Shown: positions 9,627 to 19,469 of the stretch, piece by piece
How positions within the stretch are numbered: the stretch's first letter is position 1
Layout of the letters: every line of letters begins with the position of its first letter
Assembly (NCBI GenBank): GCA_046735375.1
Contig: JBKPTD010000041.1
Location: forward strand, 35,395 to 99,394
Direction of reading: 5' to 3'
DNA from: Actinomycetota bacterium
GTDB taxonomy: Bacteria; Actinomycetota; Actinomycetes; JAKEEW01
Length of the DNA stretch: 64,000 bases
Program-made: the position numbers and the translations under genes
The notes under the pieces: model-generated
The model's input: the letters and a program-made list of their open reading frames with translations, nothing else
The model's database searches: none
Told to the model about the DNA's origin: nothing

Positions 9627-12600
9627 ATGGTCGACGACCAAGCCGGCACGCCCTTCCCGGCGGACGAGTTCTCCCCCGTCTCCAGCGCGTGGTTCGAGGG
9701 AGCTTTTGCGACGCCTACTGCGGCGCAGCTCGGAGCATGGTCGGCGATCAGCAAGGGTGAGAGCACGCTCGTCGTGGCTCCGACCGGATCCGGCAAGACC
9801 CTGGCGGCATTTCTCTGGTCGCTCGACCGGCTGGCGTCGAGCCCGCGCCCGCAAGATCGGCAACGCCGCTGCCGCGTCGTGTACGTCTCGCCGCTCAAGG
9901 CGCTCGCAGTCGACATCGAGCGAAATCTCCGGGCGCCGCTGACCGGGATGCAGCACGCCGCCACTCGCCTCGGGCTTCCGCAGCCGAGGATCGAGGTGGC
10001 GATGCGGACCGGGGATACTCCGGCAGAGGAGCGACGCAAGTTCGGCACCCGGCCGCCTGACATCCTGATCACCACTCCGGAGTCCCTCTTCCTCATCCTG
10101 ACATCGAGAGCGAGGGATCAGCTCGTCGGCGTGGAAACGGTGATCGTCGATGAGGTCCACGCCGTCGCCGCCACCAAGCGCGGTGCGCATCTTGCGCTGA
10201 CTCTCGAACGTCTCGACGCACTTCTCGATCAACCCGCGCAGCGCATCGGGCTGTCCGCGACGGTCCGCCCGGTCGCCGAAGTGGCGAGGTTCCTCGGCGG
10301 CACCCGGCCGGTCACGGTGGTCCAGCCGCCGGCGGAGAAGACCATCGACCTCCGGGTCGTAGTGCCGGTACCCGATCTAACAGAGCTGGGCGATTCCCGG
10401 AGTCCGGCGGCAACGTCTCCATCGATGGGCGGGCCGCCTCCGACCCTGCCTGACCTGCCTACCGGGGAGTCCGCGGAGCCGGCGGACTCGACGAGGAACG
10501 CGTCCATATGGCCCCATGTTGAGGAACGCATCGCCGACCTCGTGAGGGCAAACCGCTCCACGATCGTCTTTGCCAACTCGCGGCGACTCGCCGAGCGGCT
10601 CACCGCACGCCTTAACGAGATTGCCTACGAACGGGCCACTGGCGAGCTTGCGCCCACTGGCGAGCTGGCGGCCACCAGCGGAGAGAACGGCGAAGACGCC
10701 CACGACGGCGACCGACTTCGCCGGGATCCCGATGCCGAGGGCGATGACGGCGGCAGGCACGCCGGGGGCGGCGACGTCCCTCAGGACGGGCTGCCGCCGG
10801 CAGGTATCGCAACGGCTCAGACGATGGCACAAGCAGGCGCCAGTCGTGGCGCCCCGCAGGTGCTGGCCCGCGCGCATCACGGCTCGGTCAGCAAGGAACA
10901 GCGCGCCCGGATAGAGGACGAGCTCAAGACCGGCCGGATCCCAGCGGTGGTGGCCACGAGCAGTCTCGAACTCGGAATCGACATGGGAGCGGTCGATCTC
11001 GTCGTTCAGGTCGAGTCGCCGCCGTCCGTCGCCGCCGGCATGCAGCGTGTCGGCCGTGCAGGGCATCAGGTCGGAGCAGTCTCGCGCGGGATCGTGTTCC
11101 CGAAGTACCGCGGCGATCTCGTTCAGACCGCCGTGGTGGCCGAGCGGATGACGGCCGGACAGATCGAAGAGATCAGCTACCCCCGCAATCCACTCGACGT
11201 GTTGGCGCAGCAGGTCGTCGCGATGACCGCCATGGATGACTGGCAGGCGGATGAGCTGCTCGCGCTCGTCCGCAAGGCGGCGTCTTTCGCCACACTGCCC
11301 CAGAGCGCCTTCGAGGCGGTACTCGACATGCTCGCCGGCCGCTACCCCAGCGACGAGTTCGCCGAGTTGCGCCCGCGCCTGGTCTGGGACCGCGTAACCG
11401 GCATGCTCACCGCCCGCCCAGGCTCCCAGCGGCTCGCTGTGACAAGTGGAGGCACCATCCCTGATCGAGGGCTCTTCGGGGTCTTCCTGGTCGGAGAGCG
11501 AGCCAGCAGGGTCGGGGAGCTCGACGAGGAGATGGTGTACGAATCCCGCGTCGGTGACATCTTCACTCTCGGGTCGACGAGCTGGCGGATCGAGGACATC
11601 ACGCACGATCGGGTCGTCGTATCTCCGGCGCCTGGTCTGCCGGGACGGCTGCCGTTCTGGAAGGGCGACGCAGTCGGCCGCCCGGTGGAGCTCGGCCGCG
11701 CGATCGGCGCATTCCTGCGTGAGGTCGGCCGACTCGCGCCCGAACAGGCGCGCGACCGCATCACCCGCGCTGGGCTCGACCAGTGGGCGACTGACAACCT
11801 GCTCGCCTATCTCGATGAACAGCGCCAGGCAACCGGCCACGTGCCGGACGACCGGACGATCGTGGTCGAGCGCTTCAGAGACGAGCTCGGCGACTGGCGA
11901 GTCGCCGTTCACTCCCCCTTTGGTGCTCAGGTTCACGCGCCCTGGGCGCTCGCGATCGCCGGCCGGCTGCGAGAACGCTTCGGTGTCGACGTGGCAGCCA
12001 TGCACTCCGACGACGGCATAATCCTGCGGCTGCCCGACACCGAAGAGCGTCCGCCTCCTGATCTCGCCTCCTTCGAACCGGACGAGGTCGAACAGCTCGT
12101 GACGACCGAGGTGGGCGGCTCGGCATTGTTCGCTGCACGCTTCAGGGAGTGCGCGGCCCGCGCGCTGCTGCTCCCACGCCGGCAGCCCGGCAGGCGCAGC
12201 CCGCTCTGGCAACAACGGCAACGCTCGGCGCAACTCCTGGCAGTCGCGAGCCGATATCCGCAGTTTCCCGTCGTCCTCGAGACCATGCGCGAGTGTCTGC
12301 AAGACGTCTTCGACGTCCCCGGCCTCGTGCAGATCATGCGGGACCTGCAGACGCGGCGAGTGCGCTTCGTCGAGGTGGAGACCGCAGCGCCGTCGCCGTT
12401 CGCGCGCTCCCTGCTGATGGGGTACGTCGCGGAGTACATGTACGAGGGCGACTCGCCGCTTGCCGAGCGCCGAGCACAAGCACTGGCGCTCGACACCGGC
12501 CTGCTGGCCGAGCTGCTCGGTCAGGCAGAGCTTCGGGAGCTGCTCGATCCTCGCGTGCTCGATCAGATCGAAGACGACCTGCAGCGCCTGACTCCCGGCC

Positions 12601-14432
12601 GGCGGGCCCGTACTGCAGAGGAGGTCGCTGATCTGCTGCGGCTCCTCGGCCCGCTCAGCACCCGCGAGATCGCCGACCGCTGCGAGCCCGCCGGGAAGAA
12701 GGACAGCCCCGTCCTGCCATGGCTGGAGGAGCTCGCCACGGCCCGTCGAGCGATTCCGGTACGGATCGGCGGTCAGGACCAGTGGTCGGCGATAGAGGAC
12801 GCCGGTCGCCTTCGCGATGCGCTCGGTGTTCCGCTGCCTGTGGGCATACCTGAGGCCTTCCTCGAGCCCGTGGGTGATCCGCTCGGCGATCTGGTTTCGC
12901 GATATGCCCGCACGCATGGTCCGTTCACCGCAGCCGCAGCGGCGGACCGCCTCGGGCTCGGTGTCGCTGTTGTCAGCGAGACGCTGCGCCGGCTCGCTGC
13001 GGTCGGGCGCGCGGTCGAAGGCGCCTTCCGGCCCGGTGGGTCTGGGACCGAGTGGTGCGACCCTGAGGTGCTCCGCCGGATCCGTCGTGCCTCACTCGCC
13101 GCGCTGCGCAAGGAGGCAGAGCCCGTACCCGCGGCAGCCCTCGGCCGGTTCCTGCCGGTCTGGCAGAGCATCCGCGGACAGGGGTTGCGCGGCATTGACG
13201 GCGTGTTGCGCGCTGTGGAGCAACTCGCCGGTGCACCGATCCCGGCGTCGGCACTGGAGCGCCTCGTGCTGCCTGCGCGAGTCGTCGACTATGCCCCGCC
13301 GCTGCTGGACGAGCTGTGTACCGCAGGCGAGGTTGTCTGGTCAGGCCAGGGTGCGCTCCCCGGCGACGACGGGTGGATCTCGCTCTGTCCGGCGGAGCTG
13401 GCCCCGTCGTTGCTGCCGATGCCGAGTGAGGACCTCTCGCTCACCCCGGTCCACTCTCAGATACTTGCTGCACTAGGCGACGGGCGAGCCTTGTTCTTCA
13501 GGCAGCTCTCCGACCGGATCGGCTCGCTGGAGGACAGCGCGCTGGCGACCGCGATCTGGGATCTGGTCTGGTCCGGACGGCTGACCAACGACACGCTCGG
13601 CCCGGTGCGGACACTTGTTGCGAGCGGTCGACCGGCACATTCAGTGCGGCGACCGGTTCCGCGCGGCAGATATTCACGCTACGGGCGTCCGAGCGTAGGC
13701 CGCGCGCCGATGCCGAGCCGTGCCGGCCCGCCTGCTATGGCGGGGCGGTGGTCACTTCTACCTGAGCGGGACGCGGACCCCACCCGGAGGGCACACGCTC
13801 TCGCCGAGACGCTGCTCGACCGTTACGGCGTGCTCACGCGAGGTTCCGTGGTGGCCGAGCGGCCGGCAGGCGGGTTCGCCGCGACCTACCGTGTGCTCAC
13901 CGCCTTCGAGGAGGCCGGGCGGGCGCGTCGCGGGTATTTCGTCGAGGGCCTCGGCGCCGCTCAGTTTGCGATGCCCGGCGCGGTGGACCGTCTGCGACTG
14001 CTGGCGGGCAGCGCCCGGGCTGAGGAGCCTACGCCGGGAGAACCAAGCCGGACCGGGGCTGACGCAGTCGTGCTGGCCGCGACCGATCCCGCCAATCCTT
14101 ACGGCGCGGCTCTGCCCTGGCCCGAACGACCCGGCGAAGTGGCAAGCGGTCACAAGCCGGGCCGGAAGGCAGGCGCGCTGGTCGTCCTCGTCGATGGGCG
14201 GCTCGTGCTGTACGTCGAGCGAGGTGGCCGCACCCTGTTGACCTGGAGCGACGACCCCACCGTCCTCCAGCCCGCAGTCGACGGTCTCGCGCTCGCCGTC
14301 AGGGAAGGAGCGTTGGGCAAGCTCACCGTCGAGCGTGCCGACGGAGAAGGCATCCTGACCTCGCCCCTTGGCCAGGCTCTAGAAGCAGCCGGCTTCCATG
14401 CCACCCCGCGCGGCCTGCGCCTGCGCGGATAG
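9627..14432 (+). CDS. lhr: ATP-dependent helicase Lhr (large helicase-related protein)
   Basis: Walker A APTGSGKT, a DEVH box (VIVDEVHAV), and Lhr-specific C-terminal domains. The ATG at 9627 was chosen (MVDDQAGTPF...). Contains a low-complexity insert between the helicase lobes. Confidence 0.9.
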   Translation: MVDDQAGTPFPADEFSPVSSAWFEGAFATPTAAQLGAWSAISKGESTLVVAPTGSGKTLAAFLWSLDRLASSPRPQDRQRRCRVVYVSPLKALAVDIERNLRAPLTGMQHAATRLGLPQPRIEVAMRTGDTPAEERRKFGTRPPDILITTPESLFLILTSRARDQLVGVETVIVDEVHAVAATKRGAHLALTLERLDALLDQPAQRIGLSATVRPVAEVARFLGGTRPVTVVQPPAEKTIDLRVVVPVPDLTELGDSRSPAATSPSMGGPPPTLPDLPTGESAEPADSTRNASIWPHVEERIADLVRANRSTIVFANSRRLAERLTARLNEIAYERATGELAPTGELAATSGENGEDAHDGDRLRRDPDAEGDDGGRHAGGGDVPQDGLPPAGIATAQTMAQAGASRGAPQVLARAHHGSVSKEQRARIEDELKTGRIPAVVATSSLELGIDMGAVDLVVQVESPPSVAAGMQRVGRAGHQVGAVSRGIVFPKYRGDLVQTAVVAERMTAGQIEEISYPRNPLDVLAQQVVAMTAMDDWQADELLALVRKAASFATLPQSAFEAVLDMLAGRYPSDEFAELRPRLVWDRVTGMLTARPGSQRLAVTSGGTIPDRGLFGVFLVGERASRVGELDEEMVYESRVGDIFTLGSTSWRIEDITHDRVVVSPAPGLPGRLPFWKGDAVGRPVELGRAIGAFLREVGRLAPEQARDRITRAGLDQWATDNLLAYLDEQRQATGHVPDDRTIVVERFRDELGDWRVAVHSPFGAQVHAPWALAIAGRLRERFGVDVAAMHSDDGIILRLPDTEERPPPDLASFEPDEVEQLVTTEVGGSALFAARFRECAARALLLPRRQPGRRSPLWQQRQRSAQLLAVASRYPQFPVVLETMRECLQDVFDVPGLVQIMRDLQTRRVRFVEVETAAPSPFARSLLMGYVAEYMYEGDSPLAERRAQALALDTGLLAELLGQAELRELLDPRVLDQIEDDLQRLTPGRRARTAEEVADLLRLLGPLSTREIADRCEPAGKKDSPVLPWLEELATARRAIPVRIGGQDQWSAIEDAGRLRDALGVPLPVGIPEAFLEPVGDPLGDLVSRYARTHGPFTAAAAADRLGLGVAVVSETLRRLAAVGRAVEGAFRPGGSGTEWCDPEVLRRIRRASLAALRKEAEPVPAAALGRFLPVWQSIRGQGLRGIDGVLRAVEQLAGAPIPASALERLVLPARVVDYAPPLLDELCTAGEVVWSGQGALPGDDGWISLCPAELAPSLLPMPSEDLSLTPVHSQILAALGDGRALFFRQLSDRIGSLEDSALATAIWDLVWSGRLTNDTLGPVRTLVASGRPAHSVRRPVPRGRYSRYGRPSVGRAPMPSRAGPPAMAGRWSLLPERDADPTRRAHALAETLLDRYGVLTRGSVVAERPAGGFAATYRVLTAFEEAGRARRGYFVEGLGAAQFAMPGAVDRLRLLAGSARAEEPTPGEPSRTGADAVVLAATDPANPYGAALPWPERPGEVASGHKPGRKAGALVVLVDGRLVLYVERGGRTLLTWSDDPTVLQPAVDGLALAVREGALGKLTVERADGEGILTSPLGQALEAAGFHATPRGLRLRG

Positions 14433-14679
14433 TCACTCGGTGGCCTCAACCGCGCCCAGCACAGTGCGAGCGAGGCGCCAGCACCTGTAGCCCGAATCGG
14501 CGACGAAGGACGTCGTCAGTCGATGGACCGTCCGGTCGGGTCTCCGCTTATCACCTACCGCGCGACCGGTTTTCAGCCACTCCATAAGGTCGAGTGATGC
14601 CGGCGTCTCGACTTCATCTACGAGCCGACGACGGGATGACGCCGGCCTGACTGCACGCTCGCGTGGCCTGTTTGGCCTC

Positions 14680-15537
14680 CTACACCGCGAGCATCCTGTC
14701 GAGCAGCGCGTGGTAGCGCCGCATCAAGGTTCGGAGCCGCTCGGTGTCCGATTCACCGTCGTTCGCGTTCCCGGTGGACCTGTCCGCGTCGAGGGCACCA
14801 ACCTGATCCCGAAGTGTTGACGCCACCTGGTTGACGGCAAGTGAGACTACCTCGGCCGCATCGTCGACCGCCCGACGAGGATCGTCGACGAACCCCAGCT
14901 GGACCTCGCGCCAGCGGATCTTCAGTCGGTCCGTTTCGGCGCCCGGCAGCAGCGCCCCGACGTCCTCCGCGTCAGGCGTCTCCTCACCGCCCGGCAGGCC
15001 CTCAGACGGCTGCTCGCCGCTTATGTCGGATGCCTCGGCGAGATCCGTCGCGGATCGCGGAGTCTGTCGATCCAGGCCATCCTCACCCCGGCCGCGGTCG
15101 CCCCAATCGCCTTCGTCCATGCCGCGCGGCTCATCGATCCTGTCGATGGCATCGTAGGACACCGGGCTCGATACGGCGGTCACGTCGTCCGGGCTGTCGG
15201 ATAGGCGGGCCGCATCGTCGTCGCCGGGGCGGTCAAAGCTGTCCCTGACGACCGGCTCCTGCCCCGAACGGTCGCCGTCGGCAGGGACGTCGCCGGGGTT
15301 GTTGTCCTCGACCCGGCGGTCGTCGGCCGCGTCGTCCGGCGCGGCCGCTGCCTCCTCGGCGATCGCGTCTGAGGTTTGCTGGTCCGGATCAGCCACCCTC
15401 GGTCGGTGCGCGGCTGGATCGCGGATCGTGTCCTCGGTCTCGTCCACCGGCTCCGGACCATCCTCGCGGTCTCTGAAGTCAGCAGCGTCCGGGTTCGGAT
15501 CGAACAAGCGGTCCCGCGGGTTCTGCTCGGTGCTCAC
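14680..15537 (-). CDS. acidic, largely disordered protein with a C-terminal helical module; paralog of the upstream gene
   Basis: 285 aa, very Asp/Glu-rich. Its C-terminal RWREVQLGFVDDPRRAV...LRTLMRRYHALLDRML module matches the module in the 15539-16357 product. There is a 1-nt intergenic gap. Confidence 0.55.
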   Translation of the reverse strand: MSTEQNPRDRLFDPNPDAADFRDREDGPEPVDETEDTIRDPAAHRPRVADPDQQTSDAIAEEAAAAPDDAADDRRVEDNNPGDVPADGDRSGQEPVVRDSFDRPGDDDAARLSDSPDDVTAVSSPVSYDAIDRIDEPRGMDEGDWGDRGRGEDGLDRQTPRSATDLAEASDISGEQPSEGLPGGEETPDAEDVGALLPGAETDRLKIRWREVQLGFVDDPRRAVDDAAEVVSLAVNQVASTLRDQVGALDADRSTGNANDGESDTERLRTLMRRYHALLDRMLAV

Positions 15538-15538
15538 G

Positions 15539-16357
15539 TCAGGCCCTCCGGGTCTCGTCGTCGGTCATCGCTCGTCGGCGATCCTCGGCCTGCCGATCGG
15601 CCGTCTCGTCGTCGGCTCGCTCGGACGCCTCCGACTCCATCGGCTCCGCGGGCTCATACGCCGCGGCCTCGCCCGCCCCGTCCCGCTTGGACGAGTCGGG
15701 CCAGTTCGGACGTGCAGCGACCTCGGGCTCCGTCGGACTGCGGTCATCTCGCCCCGCGGAAACGTCAGAATCGGCACGCGCGGTTGCATCGGACAAGTCA
15801 GGACGCGCCGGGCCGGGGGTCTCGTCAGTTCCGTCGACCTCCAAGAGCTCATGGAAGAGCGCCCGGTAGTCGACCATGGCATTGCGCAGCTCCTCGGTCG
15901 ATGCGCCATCCCGACCGGCGCGCACGCTGACATCGTGGGCGCTGCGGTAGCGATTGAGCGTGCGGCCGTGCTCGACGGACAAGTCAGCAACTCGCTGCTC
16001 GTCATCTTCGTCGGCGGGGTAGCCACGGTCGGTCATCACGGCTGTGAGGAGCTGGCCGGCTTCGGATACCGCGGAACGCGGATCATCGACGAACTGCTCC
16101 TGTACGTGGGTCCATGCCCTCAGGTACCGGTCGCGAGCGGCTGGGTCGAGTGGGCGTATGTCGAGCGAGTCGTGCCGCCGCGCGCGCTCGCGCAGCTCGG
16201 ACTCGGCGGCCCGGCGGCCGCCCGTGGAGTCAACGACCCGGTCGTATTCCGGCCCGAATTGTTCTTTTAGGTGCCGTCGTCGTTGCAGAGTCAACACGGC
16301 CAAGACCACAACGGCCACGACGATGACGGCAGCGATCACGATCAGAACGGTTGTCAT
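15539..16357 (-). CDS. membrane-anchored protein (N-terminal TM helix) with the same helical module and an acidic C-terminal tail
   Basis: N-terminal hydrophobic helix MTTVLIVIAAVIVVAVVVLAVL. Module RYLRAWTHVQEQFVDDPRSAV...LRNAMVDYRALFHELL. Acidic tail. Confidence 0.55.
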   Translation of the reverse strand: MTTVLIVIAAVIVVAVVVLAVLTLQRRRHLKEQFGPEYDRVVDSTGGRRAAESELRERARRHDSLDIRPLDPAARDRYLRAWTHVQEQFVDDPRSAVSEAGQLLTAVMTDRGYPADEDDEQRVADLSVEHGRTLNRYRSAHDVSVRAGRDGASTEELRNAMVDYRALFHELLEVDGTDETPGPARPDLSDATARADSDVSAGRDDRSPTEPEVAARPNWPDSSKRDGAGEAAAYEPAEPMESEASERADDETADRQAEDRRRAMTDDETRRA

Positions 16358-16420
16358 CTGTCTTCCTCCCTAATGCGCCGGGTAGGGTGCCCGCGTCGGA
16401 GGAGATCAAACCGGACCTGA

Positions 16421-17275
16421 TCAGCCTGCTTCCGCATCCGTTGTTCGCACCGGCACGGGCCCCCGCAGCGGTAGGACCACCGGCCGGCCGTGCTCGTAGA
16501 CCACCTTCATCCTCGCGCCGTAGAAGCGCTCGATGTTCTCCTCGGTGAGGACAGACTCGGGCGGACCCGCCGCCACAACACGCCCCGCATCGATGAGCAC
16601 GAGCCGGTCGGAGTACTGCCCGGCGAGGGTCAAGTCGTGCAGTGTGGTCACCACCGCGAGCCCGACCTCGTGTCTGAGGGTGTCGATGAGCTCGAGCACC
16701 TCCTGCTGCGCGCCGAGGTCGAGTGCGGTGGTTGGCTCGTCGAGCAACAGGATCGGTGCGGCCTGAGCGAGCGCACGTGCCAGGAGAACGCGCTGCCGCT
16801 CGCCTCCGGACAGCGTGGCGATGTCGCGTCCGGCGAACCGCTCGAGGCCGAGCCGCCTGATCGCCTGGTCCATCGCCGCGCGGTCGGTCACGGAATCGGT
16901 GCCCAGCGAACGGACGTATGGGGTGCGACCGAGCAGGACGTAGTCGGCGACCGTGAAGCCCGCCGGCACAACAGGTGTCTGCGGTACGTAGGCGACAAGC
17001 CGCGCTCGGTCCCGCCGAGACACCCCGGCCGAAGCCGCCGAACGGCCACGACCGACCCGGCGGGTGAGCACCGGGCGGCCACACAGCTCGATCGAGCCCG
17101 CGGCGGGCTCGACGAGTCCGACCAGAGCCCGGCACAGAGTGGACTTGCCGGCACCGTTTGGTCCGATGACCGCCACCCACTCCCCCGCCTCAACCCGCAA
17201 GGACAGACCATCCAGCAGCCGGGCACCGGCCGCCTGGACGATGAGGTCGTGTACGGCGAGCGCTGTCGCGCTCAT
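16421..17275 (-). CDS. ABC transporter ATP-binding protein (FecE/BtuD type)
   Basis: Walker A GPNGAGKST and signature LSGGERQR. Overlaps the permease gene by 4 nt. Confidence 0.85.
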   Translation of the reverse strand: MSATALAVHDLIVQAAGARLLDGLSLRVEAGEWVAVIGPNGAGKSTLCRALVGLVEPAAGSIELCGRPVLTRRVGRGRSAASAGVSRRDRARLVAYVPQTPVVPAGFTVADYVLLGRTPYVRSLGTDSVTDRAAMDQAIRRLGLERFAGRDIATLSGGERQRVLLARALAQAAPILLLDEPTTALDLGAQQEVLELIDTLRHEVGLAVVTTLHDLTLAGQYSDRLVLIDAGRVVAAGPPESVLTEENIERFYGARMKVVYEHGRPVVLPLRGPVPVRTTDAEAG

Positions 17276-18444
17276 CGCAGGTACCCCCGAGACATGTGCA
17301 GGACCAGCGCGAAGAACGGGGCGCCGAAGAAAGCGGTGATGACTCCGATGGGCAACTCGGCCGGCGCCATGATTGTCCGCGCGGCGAGATCGGCGAGCAC
17401 GAGGAACGCGCCACCGAAAAGCAACGACAGCGGGAGCAGCACACGATGTCCAGAGCCGGCGACGAGCCGGACGGTGTGCGGAACGATGATGCCGACGAAC
17501 GCGATCAGACCCGAGACCGAGACCGCCGCCGCGGTCCCGAGCGACGCGGCGACGACGACCAGCAAGCGATTACGCCGCACGTTGATGCCAAGTGCCGCCG
17601 CCTCGTCGTCACCGAGCCCGAGCACGTCGAGGGTCCACCTGTGGCTGAGCAGAATCGCGGTCGTGAGCAGGAAGTAGGGCAGCAGGATCAGCACCTCGCC
17701 CCAGCCGGCGGTGGAGAGCCGGCCGAGAATCCACGCATAGACCTGCCGGATCGTGTCCGTGTTTTGCTGCATGACATAGGTCTGTGCGGCGGTAAGGAAT
17801 GAGGCGACGGCGACGCCGGCGACGATCAGCGCGGTCACTGACCTGCTCCGGCCGCCCGTCGTACCGAGCACGTAGGTCAGGGTCACAGCGAGCAGCGCGC
17901 CGGCGAAGGCTGCCACCGGGACGTAGCCGGGGGTGGCGGAGCCGGGACCGGCCAGCGCGATAGCAATGGTCGCGCCGAGGCCGGCGCCTGCCGCGACCCC
18001 GAGTGTGTACGGATCGGCGAGCGGGTTGGCGAACACTCCCTGGTACGCCGCCCCACAGGAGGCAAGCGTCGCCCCGACGAGCAGAGCGAGCACGACCCGT
18101 GGGAGGCGCAGCTGGTGGACAATCGCGGCGTCGGTTGCCGAGAGTCCGGATGGCAGCCCGAGGACCTCCTTTATGACGCCGACCGGGGGCAGTGCGACGG
18201 AGCCGACGACGAGCCCGACCACGGTGGCTGCGAGAACAGCCAGGATGCCGGCGACCAGCCAGACCGGCCGCAGCCTGGTGAGCCCGGCCGCGACGGCGCC
18301 AGTCTCTGCTGCCTTGGACGCATCCTGCATCACCGCCCGGTCGCCGCTGTGGGGCAACGACGACACATCAGAGACCGCCGCGTCCCCGCCCTCGCGGCGT
18401 TCCGCCCCCTGGGCTTCCGGCAGTGGCTGCCGCTCCGTCGGCAT
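17272..18444 (-). CDS. FecCD-family permease (iron-chelate/B12 type)
   Basis: Multi-pass hydrophobic protein typical of BtuC/FecD. The N-terminal ~40 aa may be over-called. Confidence 0.85.
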   Translation of the reverse strand: MPTERQPLPEAQGAERREGGDAAVSDVSSLPHSGDRAVMQDASKAAETGAVAAGLTRLRPVWLVAGILAVLAATVVGLVVGSVALPPVGVIKEVLGLPSGLSATDAAIVHQLRLPRVVLALLVGATLASCGAAYQGVFANPLADPYTLGVAAGAGLGATIAIALAGPGSATPGYVPVAAFAGALLAVTLTYVLGTTGGRSRSVTALIVAGVAVASFLTAAQTYVMQQNTDTIRQVYAWILGRLSTAGWGEVLILLPYFLLTTAILLSHRWTLDVLGLGDDEAAALGINVRRNRLLVVVAASLGTAAAVSVSGLIAFVGIIVPHTVRLVAGSGHRVLLPLSLLFGGAFLVLADLAARTIMAPAELPIGVITAFFGAPFFALVLHMSRGYLR

Positions 18445-18448
18445 ACTG

Positions 18449-19402
18449 TCACCCGCTTGGCCCCGGCGCTTTCGCGGCGGCGGCCGCGACGGCGCGCAGG
18501 AAGTCCACGACCCGCGGTCCCCAGCGTGACGCGATGTCGTCGTCGAGCGGGATGACGGCGCCGTTCTTCACGGCCGTGAGATTGGCGAAGCCGCTGCGCT
18601 TGGCCAGAGTCTGCGCGCTTTGCCCACAGCACTTGGTGTCTCCCAGGAAGATCAGGTCGGGATCTGCCTTGACCAGGTACTCGGGTGACAGCTGCGGATA
18701 CCCGCTGCCCTCCTTGTCGGCCTTGTCGGCAATGTTCTTGAGACCGACAAGCGAATAGATCTGCCCGATGAAGGTCTGCGACGTGACGGAGAAGAGCGTG
18801 TCGTCCAGCTCGTGGTAATACGTGAGTGGCGCAGCCCGCTTCGGAATCGCGGCAACGATGGCGTCGATGTCCGCCTTCATCTTGGTCACGGTGGCCGTCG
18901 CCTCTGATGGGTGGCCGGTGGCCTTGCCGAGCAGCTCGATCTGGCCATAGGTGTCGTCGAGCTTCTGTGCGGCGGGAAGCAGCAGGGTCGGAATAGAGAG
19001 CCGGTCAAGACCGGCGACGACGTCCTGCTCGTCGTCGCTGAGCAGCACGAGGTCAGGCCGATAGCCGGCGATTGCCTCGACATTCGGCTGGAATCCGGAG
19101 AGCTTGGTGCGAGGCGCCTGCGGTGGGAAATTCGACTGATCGTCGACGGCTTCGACCTGATCGCCTGCACCGAGCGCGTAGACCATCTCGGTTGCTGTTG
19201 GTGAGAGCGAGACGATGCGTTCGGGCCTCGACGTGATGGTCACGGCCTTGCCCGATGCGCCTTGGACAGTGACCGGGAACGTTGGTGCGCTCGTGGTGTG
19301 GCTGGGCGCCTCCGCGGCACCCCCGCCACCATCGTCGCCGCCGCACGCGTACATCCCAACCGAGGCGGCGGCAATCAGGGCAGGCAGGACGAACTTTCGC
19401 AT
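18449..19402 (-). CDS. periplasmic-binding lipoprotein (BtuF/FhuD cluster A fold)
   Basis: Lipobox LIAAASVGMYACGG, class III substrate-binding protein. First gene of the three-gene operon, which lies downstream of the cobalamin riboswitch. Confidence 0.8.
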   Translation of the reverse strand: MRKFVLPALIAAASVGMYACGGDDGGGGAAEAPSHTTSAPTFPVTVQGASGKAVTITSRPERIVSLSPTATEMVYALGAGDQVEAVDDQSNFPPQAPRTKLSGFQPNVEAIAGYRPDLVLLSDDEQDVVAGLDRLSIPTLLLPAAQKLDDTYGQIELLGKATGHPSEATATVTKMKADIDAIVAAIPKRAAPLTYYHELDDTLFSVTSQTFIGQIYSLVGLKNIADKADKEGSGYPQLSPEYLVKADPDLIFLGDTKCCGQSAQTLAKRSGFANLTAVKNGAVIPLDDDIASRWGPRVVDFLRAVAAAAAKAPGPSG

Positions 19403-19469
19403 GGGCTACCTCCTGTCGATCGAGGAGGAGCGCTCGACGACAGGGGCGACCCGGTCGTACGAGCCTCAC

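Noticed and set aside
9194-10096. 300-aa minus-strand ORF spanning the lhr start
   Set aside because: Overlaps the lhr 5' end and promoter region. Ser/Arg/Pro-rich with no RBS. Spurious.
10377-12917. 846-aa ORF on the minus strand
   Set aside because: Entirely antisense to lhr. Arg/Pro/Gly-rich composition typical of 70% GC noise. No family resemblance.
16230-17677. ORFs 16230-17180 (-) and 16490-17677 (+), 316 aa and 395 aa
   Set aside because: Alternative frames or antisense of the ABC ATPase and permease genes. Arg-rich junk composition.
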